From NCBI GenBank assembly GCA_031291875.1, contig JARLIE010000165.1, forward strand, positions 1,119 to 65,118: a DNA stretch of 64,000 nt, in the 5' to 3' direction. The position numbers were made by a program, and so were the translations under genes. The notes under the pieces were generated by a model that saw only the letters and a list, made by a program, of their open reading frames with translations, did not search any database and was not told where the DNA came from. Of the stretch, positions 8,975-18,387 are shown piece after piece. How positions within the stretch are numbered: the stretch's first letter is position 1; each line of letters starts with the position of its first letter. This DNA is from Minisyncoccota bacterium. Lineage in GTDB: Bacteria > Patescibacteriota > Minisyncoccia > Phycocordibacterales > UBA2100.

Positions 8975-10017
8975 ACGGCGAGTAGCCCGGGAGGCTTTCT
9001 GTTCGATCGCGCGGTCGCGGGCCGGATCGGTTCCCCTATGCGCAGGAGCATGGCGATCGTCCCCTCTTTGCATTCGAAGGCGTCGTAAATCACGCGACGG
9101 GCTTCAAGAATGCGCGCCTGTACGTCCGGTTCAAGCCTGATGTTCGAACCGAGGCGTAGATACTCGGCAAGGTAGAGTAACCCGGCGAGCGGTTGCGCCG
9201 CGAAGTCATCGTTTACAACTTTGAGCCATGCGCGCTCAAACGCTCTACCTGCGCTAATGTAATCGCGAGATTCTGTTCGATCGATGCTGATCGCGACGAT
9301 CGCGCCAGAGGATGCATAAACTGCGGCATTACTCTTTGCGGCCATGGAGGCGAAGCCAATCGCGTTCAGTGCTCGCATAATCGGCCAATACTTGATGAGT
9401 TTGAAAAGAAACTGGATCGGAGGTGGTAATTCCGTGGTTTTGATATACAAACCGGGCTCGCCATTTTTGTTCTTATGCGCGTCCCATAGAATGCTCTGGA
9501 AGAAAAAATAGTGCAGCTCCTTCGTTCGCAACGCGGCCTCTTCCATCATGCTGACGGCGTTCGCGATCGCTTCAATACGTTTACGATCAGTAACAACGTT
9601 TATGTGTGCACTGCCGACTTCTAGTGCACGCAGCCCATCAAGTATCTCTTCAGAGATCTCCGTTTTATAGGCGCCTCGATTGGTGTGCCGCTTTGCAACG
9701 GCGTCGATCAGTGGATGGTTCGGGCGAATATGACCAACAAATTTCACGATTGCCGCAGCATGCGTGTCGAGCGGCGACGATACATCGCACAAGAGCCCCT
9801 CGTGTTCGGCTGCGATCAATAGGTTTTCGATTACTGCGCCGAGAGAAAGATAGGTTCCTCGAGATTCAACATTGAGGATAGCGTGATCGCGTTCCGGATG
9901 CACGAATATATCGATTTCGTCGTCGTGCGCGCGGAACGACCACGGCTGTGAGTTGTCGCCGGAGGGAGCTTGTACTGCTGCACGAAGGATGCGTTCGAGA
10001 CGATCCTGTTCGATCAT
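8971..10017 (-). CDS. Tandem nitroreductase-fold (FMN-dependent oxidoreductase-like) protein.
   Basis: N-terminal RILRAAVQAPSGDNSQPWSF (nitroreductase signature). A second half begins at KRHTNRGAY. 348 aa, about 1.5-2x the length of a single nitroreductase domain. Confidence 0.65.
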   Translation of the reverse strand: MIEQDRLERILRAAVQAPSGDNSQPWSFRAHDDEIDIFVHPERDHAILNVESRGTYLSLGAVIENLLIAAEHEGLLCDVSSPLDTHAAAIVKFVGHIRPNHPLIDAVAKRHTNRGAYKTEISEEILDGLRALEVGSAHINVVTDRKRIEAIANAVSMMEEAALRTKELHYFFFQSILWDAHKNKNGEPGLYIKTTELPPPIQFLFKLIKYWPIMRALNAIGFASMAAKSNAAVYASSGAIVAISIDRTESRDYISAGRAFERAWLKVVNDDFAAQPLAGLLYLAEYLRLGSNIRLEPDVQARILEARRVIYDAFECKEGTIAMLLRIGEPIRPATARSNRKPPGLLAV

Positions 10018-11126
10018 AATTCGAGACCAATTTTTCCGAGGAAATCTTTGCGAGCAGCTTCGCGATCCGCTCGCCCGTCGGCATAGCTGGGATCCAATAT
10101 CGCGTCGAAATTAACTTCGCATTTTGCGCTCATAAGCGGTCGCTTGAGTGCGAGCTGCTTGAGGGCGTAGGCGATCGCGACGCCAGAGAGCGTGGCGGCG
10201 TCCACCAGTTGCGGCCACGAGTAGATGGTCTTTCCCACTTCGAGCAGTGAAGACATCATACGTGGAACAATAAAACCGGGACCTGCGATTTTCGTAGCTA
10301 GTTTCGGCAGCTCCGTTGGCGGAAACGATTTGAATTCGTCGATAGTGATGTCACCGATCGCTCCGTTGAAAAGCGATGCGTTTTTATCCAGATCAAATCG
10401 ATCGGCTTCAAAGATAATGTTGTCGCCGTTATCTGTTGCCATAATGACCGGAATCCCTCGGGCGCGCGCTTCCAAGCGAAGGCGAATCTTCATCTCGAGG
10501 TTGTCTGTCTCTTCGACAAGCACGTCTATATCCGACAAGAATGCATCCATATTCTCGGCTGAGACACCGTCTGCAAATGCTTCCACGTGCGCGTACGGGT
10601 CGAGCTGATAGATGTATTCGCGCGCAAGATCGCACTTCTTGCGGCCGACGGCGAGAAAGTCAAAGCGAATGCGATTGAGGTTGGAGGGCGAAACAGTGTC
10701 TGGATCGGCGATTTTTATTCGTTGTCCGCCGCCGAGGTGGGCGAACGTAAAGAGTCCGTGGCTGCCGACGGATAATCCTGCGTAGGCGACGCGCAGTCCA
10801 TAGAGTGCCTGCTGCTCTTCGGCAGTGATGATATTTCGATTGCGCGCGGTGCGGAGCTCCAGGTGTTCGGCCTCGGGCAAGTAGTGTGCGAGCACACCGT
10901 TCCAGGGGAAGTAAAACCATTCGCCGAAGGATGGGTTTGCTCGCTTATACTCTTCCGTAAAGGCGGCAAGCTCCGCTTTGTACTCACGGACAAATTTGAA
11001 TCGCGGGTTGCGAATCAAGAAAAGATCTTCCAGTAAATCGTCGTACGCGTCTATGATGTGCGTTGGTTCGGTTCGTTCTTTAAAGGCTTCTAACGATTCC
11101 CCTGAAGGGTTATATCTCTCCGGCAT
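10014..11126 (-). CDS. E1-like adenylyltransferase (ThiF/MoeB/HesA family) with a ~90 aa N-terminal extension.
   Basis: Rossmann motif LRVAYAGLSVGSHG and ADPDTVSPSNLNRI, equivalent to the ThiF VDxDxVxxSNLNRQ region. An RxR..ITAEEQQAL lead-in resembles the MoeB/ThiF start. A C-terminal CxxC is absent. Confidence 0.7.
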   Translation of the reverse strand: MPERYNPSGESLEAFKERTEPTHIIDAYDDLLEDLFLIRNPRFKFVREYKAELAAFTEEYKRANPSFGEWFYFPWNGVLAHYLPEAEHLELRTARNRNIITAEEQQALYGLRVAYAGLSVGSHGLFTFAHLGGGQRIKIADPDTVSPSNLNRIRFDFLAVGRKKCDLAREYIYQLDPYAHVEAFADGVSAENMDAFLSDIDVLVEETDNLEMKIRLRLEARARGIPVIMATDNGDNIIFEADRFDLDKNASLFNGAIGDITIDEFKSFPPTELPKLATKIAGPGFIVPRMMSSLLEVGKTIYSWPQLVDAATLSGVAIAYALKQLALKRPLMSAKCEVNFDAILDPSYADGRADREAARKDFLGKIGLEL

Positions 11127-11153
11127 GCGGAAATTGTAGCATTTGTTTTACCG

Positions 11154-12692
11154 CTACTGAGTACGAATTACCCACTTTTGCTTGATGTCGCGACGAAAGT
11201 ACGTCGGATCCTCGTGCGGCCAAAAGAGTAGGCGGGGTATCGCGCGATCTCCCAGGAAGGTAAAGAGTTCCTGGAACTCGCCATTTTTCTCGCAAAGATT
11301 TTTGACGATCTCACTCGAGAGCTGCGCGCTGAAAGCCTGGCTTGCCTCTTTGCCATCATGCATCTCGATATTGATCTCTAAGTATTGGTCATTCGCATCG
11401 CTGAATTTCGTCATGAGTGTAAAGCGGCCGGTCAGGAATGCAGCGTATGGTTCCTGGAGCAGAGTTTCGCGAATTGTTTCGGGATAAATCTGTAAGCCGT
11501 AGAGGGTCGTGGAAAGATCCGAGCGCTCATACACGTAGACGAACGGAAGTTTCGCGAGTTTCGAATCGATTTTGTTAGCACGCATCTTCTTTTCCAAATC
11601 GATTCCGTGATTCTCGAAGATGTCGGTGATTTGCTTGAATGAAAACACCCCGCCATTATCGCCGATCGAATAGCGGCAAAGCGGCATCGCGCTGTCCCCT
11701 GTCACATACAGCTGCCCATCAACACATTCGAAATGAGTGAATTCCGACGTGTACTGGGCGAGTGTCGGCGTCTTTGAAATATCGCCAAAAAGGGCTTTAA
11801 AGAGCGCCGGTTTCTCTGCTGCGATTCGTCTTATCAAGATAGAGAGCGGCGTTTCGGCGGCCATCGTACCGAGATCAGCACTGCCGTAGATGTTCATCGT
11901 ATCGGTCAGCGGATTTTTGATGTTCGTTTTTGCAATAACGTAGTCGCGGAATTGCTCGGTGAATGCCTCGGCGGCAAATACAATACCGAACTTGTACTTC
12001 GAGAGTGAGATCCCTGTGGCGATTGCGTCGTCGATCACGTCTTTAATGAATGGCGGATAGCCGGCAAGAATAACCTGGTCGTAATTCGGAGCGAGCTGTT
12101 CAAGCGCTTTTAGAATTTCACTCTTGTTGATGCCCGGCGTTATGACGGATATCGGATGGCCTCGCCGACCCAGCAGTTGAAATGCTTGGTAGGTCAATAG
12201 CCCGCCAATCCATACACCCATACCAAAACAGACAATGATAAGCGTTGGTTTCGATTTTGAGAGCGAGCTTTGTAGAAAAAATCGCTCGTGAATTAACGCC
12301 GATTGCTCATCCACGGTAAATGAGCGCGCGAAGTAAAACGGCTTTCCTGTGGAACCTGACGTCGAGGTCATGACGTGCGGTACAGCAAGCGTGCCTCCCC
12401 AAAATAGTTCCTTGTAGGGATACGCGCGCAAGTAGGAGTCCTTACTCATGACCGGCACTCGGTCGAGTTCGGCATCATTCTTTATGGTTGCCGCAACAAT
12501 AGAGCGGCTCTTGAGGAATTTTTTGTATGCCGGCACTTCAGCCGCCATCCGCTTGAAAAGACTCAAAACGGGGGAGGGGCTTTCCTGAAGCGTTTTCGTA
12601 GCGACCGGCTTCTTTTTTGGAGCTAGTGTTCGACTCATACTGACGGAGAAATTATAACACGGATACTGCCTCCTTGTCGAGTACCTGCTCAA
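11154..12692 (-). CDS. Adenylate-forming enzyme of the phenylacetate-CoA ligase / coenzyme F390 synthetase / CapK family.
   Basis: P-loop-like AMP motif MTSTSGSTGKPFYF. PaaK-like N-terminal region (VPAYKKFL...DRVPVMSKDSYLRAYP). 512 aa; the true start may be the internal Met (MAAEV...). Confidence 0.65.
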   Translation of the reverse strand: MSRYSTRRQYPCYNFSVSMSRTLAPKKKPVATKTLQESPSPVLSLFKRMAAEVPAYKKFLKSRSIVAATIKNDAELDRVPVMSKDSYLRAYPYKELFWGGTLAVPHVMTSTSGSTGKPFYFARSFTVDEQSALIHERFFLQSSLSKSKPTLIIVCFGMGVWIGGLLTYQAFQLLGRRGHPISVITPGINKSEILKALEQLAPNYDQVILAGYPPFIKDVIDDAIATGISLSKYKFGIVFAAEAFTEQFRDYVIAKTNIKNPLTDTMNIYGSADLGTMAAETPLSILIRRIAAEKPALFKALFGDISKTPTLAQYTSEFTHFECVDGQLYVTGDSAMPLCRYSIGDNGGVFSFKQITDIFENHGIDLEKKMRANKIDSKLAKLPFVYVYERSDLSTTLYGLQIYPETIRETLLQEPYAAFLTGRFTLMTKFSDANDQYLEINIEMHDGKEASQAFSAQLSSEIVKNLCEKNGEFQELFTFLGDRAIPRLLFWPHEDPTYFRRDIKQKWVIRTQ

Positions 12693-13704
12693 TGGCCCCT
12701 ACAACTGCCGCCATATGCTCCGGTGCCGGGATCGCGAAACGCAGCGTTTCGCGCAGTAGTTCCTTCGCCGTATCGTCCCATGTCTTTCGCTCCCCCGCGC
12801 TCACTCGTATGCCAGCACTTGCCAAGGATTCGCAAATTTCATTTGCACGAGAATGGCGAGTCAAAATAAAATTACAAGACGATGGATAGACGAGCAGGTG
12901 AGGAAAGCGAGCAAGCGCCGTTGCGAAAACAGCACGCTGCTCGATGATGAGTGCTTTGCGCTGCTGGAGCTCACTAACTCGAGAAAGGACTATGTTTGCC
13001 GCATAGACGCTCGGCCCCGGAATGATCCAGGGCAAGGTGCCAAATAGATCTGAACGTAGTTCTTCAGCGATTTCGCGGCTCGTGATGGCGTATCCGACCC
13101 GAATCCCGGGGACGCCGAATGCTTTGGATAATGTACGCAGCACGATAACCGGTTGCTGCGCAACGGCTTGCAGAGCGCTCGAGCCTCCATATTCACCGTA
13201 GGCCTCATCACTAACGACTAACACACCGACCTCACGGGCTGCTGAGAGTATCTGGGAAAACGCACTATCTCCTAACGTGCTGCCGAGCGGATTGTTGGGT
13301 TCGCACAAGAACACAACGTCGACTTCCTTGTTGCGGATGCATTGTAGGGTTTCTTCGAGCGGAAATACGAATGTCCCGTCTTGCTCGCGGTAGTACAAGC
13401 GCACCGTTTCGAGCGGCGTCTCCATCAATACTTTTTCATAGCCGGAAAAGGTCGGCAAAATGAGGAGCGTGCGATAGCGACGCTTCGCGCAATACCGAAC
13501 GGTGGCTCGAATGGCTTCGTCAGAACCAGGTGTTAAGCACACGCTCTCTTGCGGAACGCCGGCGTACGTCGCGATATTTGCCGTGAGCTCGTCGTAGGAT
13601 GGATAGGTGGAGAACGCGGAGCGCGGCATGTTGCGCAAGAGCGCAAGCGTGTCGTCGTCGAGTAACCAATAGCTCTCGTTCAGATCGAGCGGAATGATTT
13701 CCAT
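12652..13704 (-). CDS. PLP-dependent class I/II aminotransferase (HisC/CobD-like).
   Basis: LDLNESYW start region, CEPNNPLG motif, and LRTLSKAFGVPGIRVGY (PLP lysine). The ORF extends to 13836; the Met at 13704 gives a 4-nt overlap with the upstream gene. Confidence 0.75.
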   Translation of the reverse strand: MEIIPLDLNESYWLLDDDTLALLRNMPRSAFSTYPSYDELTANIATYAGVPQESVCLTPGSDEAIRATVRYCAKRRYRTLLILPTFSGYEKVLMETPLETVRLYYREQDGTFVFPLEETLQCIRNKEVDVVFLCEPNNPLGSTLGDSAFSQILSAAREVGVLVVSDEAYGEYGGSSALQAVAQQPVIVLRTLSKAFGVPGIRVGYAITSREIAEELRSDLFGTLPWIIPGPSVYAANIVLSRVSELQQRKALIIEQRAVFATALARFPHLLVYPSSCNFILTRHSRANEICESLASAGIRVSAGERKTWDDTAKELLRETLRFAIPAPEHMAAVVGAIEQVLDKEAVSVL

Positions 13705-13706
13705 GA

Positions 13707-14195
13707 TCACGATCTGGCAAATGCGATACCGATATAGGCAACAATCAGCCACCAGAGCTCGTAGGAGGATCCGAAAATATTCTGTGTTTGCGAGCTGAAG
13801 TGCCAAATGGACGCGAGTGATCCGACCTGCATCCAAATACAGACGAGCACGACCGTCGTTGAAACGCCGACGAGAATTCCTGCAAGCGGAGAGCTCGATT
13901 CGGAAAAGCTCATAGTTGCTCGAATGAAAAGTATGAGCAGGATGATTTCAATCGCTAGGAAGACGAGTGCTTGTGGCAACCCGGCGTGGAATTGGCGCAC
14001 GATTGAGCCGAGCAAAAACGCGTTCGGTGCAACCGAAAAGAGAGTCACCGCTACGGGAAGCGAGAGCGAAAGCGCTGTGGCGATACTGGTGCCGCGCAGC
14101 ATGCTGAAAATAGTAATAAGAATGGCGATCGAACCGATAATGATCCAATCCGAAGGAACCCCGGAGGCAATCTGGGTCATCGACTGAAAATCCAT
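13707..14195 (-). CDS. Small polytopic membrane protein (about 4 TM), unknown function.
   Basis: 162 aa, hydrophobic throughout. It starts 9 nt downstream of the dnaJ stop. Confidence 0.5.
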   Translation of the reverse strand: MDFQSMTQIASGVPSDWIIIGSIAILITIFSMLRGTSIATALSLSLPVAVTLFSVAPNAFLLGSIVRQFHAGLPQALVFLAIEIILLILFIRATMSFSESSSPLAGILVGVSTTVVLVCIWMQVGSLASIWHFSSQTQNIFGSSYELWWLIVAYIGIAFARS

Positions 14196-14204
14196 ATGCG
14201 CGAA

Positions 14205-15278
14205 TTATAACCCCTCCTTTCGTAGCTCTTCGATCGCTTCTTTTGCTTTGCGGGATAACTTCTTCGGGAATTGTATGTCGATGCGAACCATGAGGTCGCC
14301 GCGACTGCCGCGACCGTACGGAATGCCTTTGCCACGCACTCGAATGAGCTCGCCGTGTTCGACGCCTGCTGGTACGTTGATTTTTTCTTCACCGTCCAAT
14401 GTTGGAATAGTGTAGGTGCCGCCCAAAAGCGCGTCGCTGAGCTTGACCGAAAGCGACGTCGTGAGCGTGTTGCCGTCACGGGTGAATCGCGTGTCTTTGC
14501 GAACGTGGAGCTTTACATACAGATCGCCCGCGCTTCCTGCGGAAGTGGCTTCTCCTCTCCCCGGCATGCGAATCATTTCTCCGTCGTCGACACCGGCTGG
14601 AACGACAATGTGAATCTCCTCTTCGCGCTTCGCGATACCCTCTCCGTGGCAATGTTCGCACGGGGTCTCTGGCACCTCGCCCTTGCCTTTGCAGCGCGGA
14701 CACAAGCGCTCTTGGGTGAATGTCCCGAAGAGAGAGTTGCGTGTTTCGCGGATCGAGCCCTTGCCATTGCAGCTGGTGCACGTGGTCATCTTAGAACCCG
14801 ATTTTGCTCCCGTGCCCGCACACACCTGACAAACCCCCATCTTGGAGATAAGTACGCGACGTTCGGTACCGAAAACAGCCTCCTTGAACGAAAGCTCAAT
14901 ATCGATGGATATATCACGTCCGCGATTGGCGCGTTGCCCACCTTGACCGAAGAATTCAGAGAAAATGTCACCGAGATCAAACTCGAACGCTTGACCGTTG
15001 CCGCCAAATCCCGCGCCGAACGGCGCTCCTTGGGAGAAGTCGAAACCTCCGAAGCCTTGCCCGCCGCCTCCGGCGAATGTCTTGCCGTAGGTGTCGTATT
15101 CGGCCCGCTTCTTTTTGTCTGAAAGGACAGCGTAGGCTTCGCTTGCTTCTTTGAACTTTGCCTCGTCGCCACCTTTTTTGTCTGGGTGATATTTTTGAGC
15201 AAGCTTGCGAAATGCTTTCTTGATTTCTTCCTCGGTAGCGCTTTTCGGAACCCCGAGAATGTCGTAGTAGTTTTTCAT
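14205..15278 (-). CDS. dnaJ: Chaperone DnaJ (Hsp40).
   Basis: J-domain (YYDILGV...HPDK), a G/F-rich linker, and four CxxCxGxG zinc-finger repeats. Confidence 0.92.
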   Translation of the reverse strand: MKNYYDILGVPKSATEEEIKKAFRKLAQKYHPDKKGGDEAKFKEASEAYAVLSDKKKRAEYDTYGKTFAGGGGQGFGGFDFSQGAPFGAGFGGNGQAFEFDLGDIFSEFFGQGGQRANRGRDISIDIELSFKEAVFGTERRVLISKMGVCQVCAGTGAKSGSKMTTCTSCNGKGSIRETRNSLFGTFTQERLCPRCKGKGEVPETPCEHCHGEGIAKREEEIHIVVPAGVDDGEMIRMPGRGEATSAGSAGDLYVKLHVRKDTRFTRDGNTLTTSLSVKLSDALLGGTYTIPTLDGEEKINVPAGVEHGELIRVRGKGIPYGRGSRGDLMVRIDIQFPKKLSRKAKEAIEELRKEGL

Positions 15279-15350
15279 AGCGAATCAGTATTGTACTGTA
15301 AACCACTTCCAAAGCAAAAGACGCCTCGTTTCGAGACGTCTTTTGCCTTT

Positions 15351-17219
15351 TTATTGTTGCGGGGGCGTTTGGTCTTGGGGCGGCTGCTCGCCTTGGTTAC
15401 CTCCGGTGGAAGAACCACCTTGGCCGGACATCGACTGTCCGATCGTGCTCATTGCGCTTGAGAGCTGTTCGGACGCAGTTTTGATCGCGTTTGCGTCCGT
15501 GCCATTGCGAGCCGCTTTCGCAGCATCAAGCTTTTCCTGCACGTTCTTTTTGATGTCTTCGCTCACTTTATCGCCATATTCGCGGAGCGCTTTCTCTGCC
15601 GCATAGATGTTTTGGTCGGCGCTATTTTGCGCCTCTACCAACTCTTTCTTTTCGCGGTCGGTGTCGGCGTTTTTCTCAGCATCTTGGCGCATTTTTTCGA
15701 TATCGGTTTCCGAGAGACCGGAAGAGCCTTCGATGCGGATGGACTGTTCTTTACCGCTCGTCTTGTCCTTTGCCTTGACGGTGAGGATGCCGTTCGCGTC
15801 GATGTCGAAGGTTACCTCAACCTGCGGAACTCCTCGTGGAGCCGGCGGAATGCCGTCCAAATTGAAACGTCCGAGTGATTTGTTGTCTGCAGCCATCGGG
15901 CGCTCTCCTTGCACGACGTGGATCTCAACAGACGGTTGATTGTCGGCAGCAGTTGAGAAGACCTGTGACTTCGCTGTCGGAATAGTGGTGTTGCGTTCGA
16001 TAAGGCGTGTGGCGACGCCGCCCATCGTCTCGATACCCAGCGAAAGCGGGATCACGTCGAGAAGCAATACGTCCTTTACGTCACCCTGCAAAATGCCGCC
16101 TTGGATTGCCGCGCCGATAGCAACAACTTCATCAGGGTTGACGCTCATGTTGGGCTTTCGGCCGAAGTATTCCTGCACGGCTTTTTGAATCGCGGGCATG
16201 CGAGTCTGTCCACCCACGAGGATGATCTCGTTGAGTTCACCGACCTTAAAAGGCGATGCGTCGATCGCGCGCTTCGTGATCATGAGCGCCCGCTCGACGA
16301 ACTCGCGGGAGAGCTCTTCGAGCTTTGCGCGGGTGAGTTTGACAAGGAGATGCTGAGGACCGGCAGCGGTGGAGGTAATGAACGGAATGTTCACCTCTGT
16401 TTCGAGTGCGCTCGAGAGTTCGATCTTTGCTTTCTCCGCGGCTTCGTCGAGTCGCTGACGCGCGAGAGGATCAGTGCGCACATCGATGCCGGATTCCTTT
16501 TTGAATTCATCGGCGAGCCAATCCATGATCTTTTGGTCGATGTCTTTGCCACCCAAGTGCGCGTCACCGTCGGTCGATCGCACCTCGATCACATCGTCTC
16601 CCACCTCCAAGACGGAAATGTCGAACGTACCACCGCCGAAGTCGAAGACGGCAATCTTTTCGTTCTTCTTTTTGTTGAAACCGTACGCGAGCGCGGCGGC
16701 TGTCGGTTCGTTGATGATGCGCTTAACGTCGAGGCCGGCAATTTTTCCGGCGTCGCGGGTCGCCTGACGCTGGGTGTCGTTGAAGTAGGCAGGGACTGTG
16801 ATCACTGCTTCTGTAACAGTTTCGCCAAGGCGCGCTTCTGCGTCTTGCTTCAGTTTCTGTAAAATCATCGCGGAAACCTCTTCCGGGCGGTACCATTTGT
16901 CCGCCATCTTGACCTCGATACCGCTGTTATCCGTCTTCCTGACTTCAAACGGAATAGATTTGATGTCTTTTTGCACACCCGCCTCGTCAAAGGTGTGCCC
17001 AATGAAGCGCTTTATTTGGTAGATGGTGTTTTGCGGATTGGTCACTGCTTGTCGGCGCGCCAATTGACCAACAAGTCGCTCACCACCCTTAGAGATGGCG
17101 ACGATCGACGGTGTCGTGCGTCCACCCTCTGCGTTTTCGATGATATGAGGCTCACCTCCCGTGACATATGCCACTGCGGAGTTGGTTGTGCCCAGATCGA
17201 TACCGATGATTTTAGCCAT
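15351..17219 (-). CDS. dnaK: Chaperone DnaK (Hsp70).
   Basis: [18 protein letters not shown] and the full 622 aa Hsp70 architecture. Confidence 0.95.
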   Translation of the reverse strand: MAKIIGIDLGTTNSAVAYVTGGEPHIIENAEGGRTTPSIVAISKGGERLVGQLARRQAVTNPQNTIYQIKRFIGHTFDEAGVQKDIKSIPFEVRKTDNSGIEVKMADKWYRPEEVSAMILQKLKQDAEARLGETVTEAVITVPAYFNDTQRQATRDAGKIAGLDVKRIINEPTAAALAYGFNKKKNEKIAVFDFGGGTFDISVLEVGDDVIEVRSTDGDAHLGGKDIDQKIMDWLADEFKKESGIDVRTDPLARQRLDEAAEKAKIELSSALETEVNIPFITSTAAGPQHLLVKLTRAKLEELSREFVERALMITKRAIDASPFKVGELNEIILVGGQTRMPAIQKAVQEYFGRKPNMSVNPDEVVAIGAAIQGGILQGDVKDVLLLDVIPLSLGIETMGGVATRLIERNTTIPTAKSQVFSTAADNQPSVEIHVVQGERPMAADNKSLGRFNLDGIPPAPRGVPQVEVTFDIDANGILTVKAKDKTSGKEQSIRIEGSSGLSETDIEKMRQDAEKNADTDREKKELVEAQNSADQNIYAAEKALREYGDKVSEDIKKNVQEKLDAAKAARNGTDANAIKTASEQLSSAMSTIGQSMSGQGGSSTGGNQGEQPPQDQTPPQQ

Positions 17220-17255
17220 AGCTTTAGAATTAGTGGGTTAATGAAGACATAAATT

Positions 17256-17284
17256 TATATATGCTTCTGAAAATCGCTTGTCAA
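17256..17284 (-). promoter_or_regulatory. Sigma70-like promoter for dnaK (TTGACA, 16-17 nt spacer, TATATA).
   Basis: On the minus strand: cTTGACAagcgattttcagaagcaTATATAaat, about 35 nt upstream of the dnaK ATG. No CIRCE inverted repeat was seen. Confidence 0.45.
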
Positions 17285-17345
17285 GATTTGTCCGTTCGAA
17301 GGGTGCCGCTTGCCACTATATACAATGCGCACCTTTGTAGCTACG

Positions 17346-17888
17346 TTATTTTTTTACGATGACTTGCGCTGGGCGCAGAACACGCTCCCCTATTTTGTAA
17401 CCGTACCGCATGATCCTGAAGACGGTTCCAGGTTCGCCGGGCACTTCTTCGGTCTCTTCGACGGCCTCGTGCTGCCGGTGATCGAACTTCTCTCCAGCTT
17501 TGCCGAATCGTTCTATGCCATTTCGCGCGAGTGCATCCAAAATTTGATTGCGGATGAGATCGACACCGGTTCTCCATTCTGGAGCAACTGACTCCCAAGT
17601 CGGGGAACCTGCCGCCATATCGAATCCGTCGAGGGCCGGCAAAAGGTCTTCGACAAAAGATTCAACTGCACGTTCGCCGGTACGTTTTGCTTGATGTAAA
17701 AGTTCTTGCCGTGAATTTACCATGTCGGCCTTGGCGCGTTGCCAGCCGTCGAGGTATTCCTGGCGCTCCTTCTTCGCTTTCTCGAGCTCGTCCCGGAGTT
17801 TTTTAAGTTTGGCTTTCGCAGCACCGACGTCCCCAAGCTCGTCCTCGGGTTCGAAATCTATATCTTCCCTTTCGAGATCGTCGTTCAT
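17346..17888 (-). CDS. grpE: Nucleotide exchange factor GrpE.
   Basis: 180 aa with a coiled-coil N-terminus and a GrpE C-terminal domain (…VFRIMRYGYKIGERVLRPAQV…). Immediately upstream of dnaK. Confidence 0.85.
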   Translation of the reverse strand: MNDDLEREDIDFEPEDELGDVGAAKAKLKKLRDELEKAKKERQEYLDGWQRAKADMVNSRQELLHQAKRTGERAVESFVEDLLPALDGFDMAAGSPTWESVAPEWRTGVDLIRNQILDALARNGIERFGKAGEKFDHRQHEAVEETEEVPGEPGTVFRIMRYGYKIGERVLRPAQVIVKK

Positions 17889-17972
17889 GAGCGCGAGTAT
17901 AGCATAAGCGCCCTTCGGGCTTCACTTCTCATCCAACTGCTACCAAAAGGCTCCCTTTCGGGAGCCTTCTCG

Positions 17973-18365
17973 TTAGCGCTTACTCCACTGCGGAGCTCGG
18001 CGTGCGCCTTTGAGGCCGAACTTCTTGCGTTCCTTAGCGCGAGGATCGCGTTTGAGGAAACCTTTCACTTTTAAATCTTTTCGTTGTTCAGGAACGAGGG
18101 CGATGATGGCGCGCGAAAGACCGTGACGCACCGCGTCTGCCTGGGCCTTATGACCGCCTCCTTGAACCTTTGCAGTAACGGCGTAGGTGGCACCGAGCGT
18201 TTGCATCGGAGAGAACGCTGTCTTCACCATTTGCTCGAGTGGGAAATATTCCTCAGCCGTCTTGCCGTTGACCATCATCGAGGCGTTCTTCGCTTCCGTA
18301 ATGCGAACGCGCGCCGAGGCTGTTTTGCGACGACCGACTGCTTCTGTGTATCCGTTCTTTGCCAT
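17973..18365 (-). CDS. rpsI: 30S ribosomal protein S9.
   Basis: 130 aa ending ...GLKGARRAPQWSKR. S9 family sequence (GRRKTASARV...). Confidence 0.9.
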   Translation of the reverse strand: MAKNGYTEAVGRRKTASARVRITEAKNASMMVNGKTAEEYFPLEQMVKTAFSPMQTLGATYAVTAKVQGGGHKAQADAVRHGLSRAIIALVPEQRKDLKVKGFLKRDPRAKERKKFGLKGARRAPQWSKR

Positions 18366-18387
18366 AATTGTAGTGAGTATAATCGAA

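Noticed and set aside
8971-11126. A canonical thiazole/oxazole-modified microcin (TOMM) cluster.
   Set aside because: E1-like and nitroreductase-fold proteins are present, but no YcaO (D-protein) ORF and no room for a precursor peptide. The canonical model does not fit; the block is reported as unassigned.
14271-15122. A 283-aa plus-strand ORF antisense to dnaJ. Similar long antisense ORFs occur at 16101..16862 in dnaK, 18665..19675 in rplQ/rpoA, 5872..6456 in aspS, 7967..8635 in the kinase and 44186..45436 in the helicase.
   Set aside because: All lie entirely inside strongly supported genes on the opposite strand, have no recognisable motifs, and are the kind of open frames expected by chance in ~55% GC DNA.
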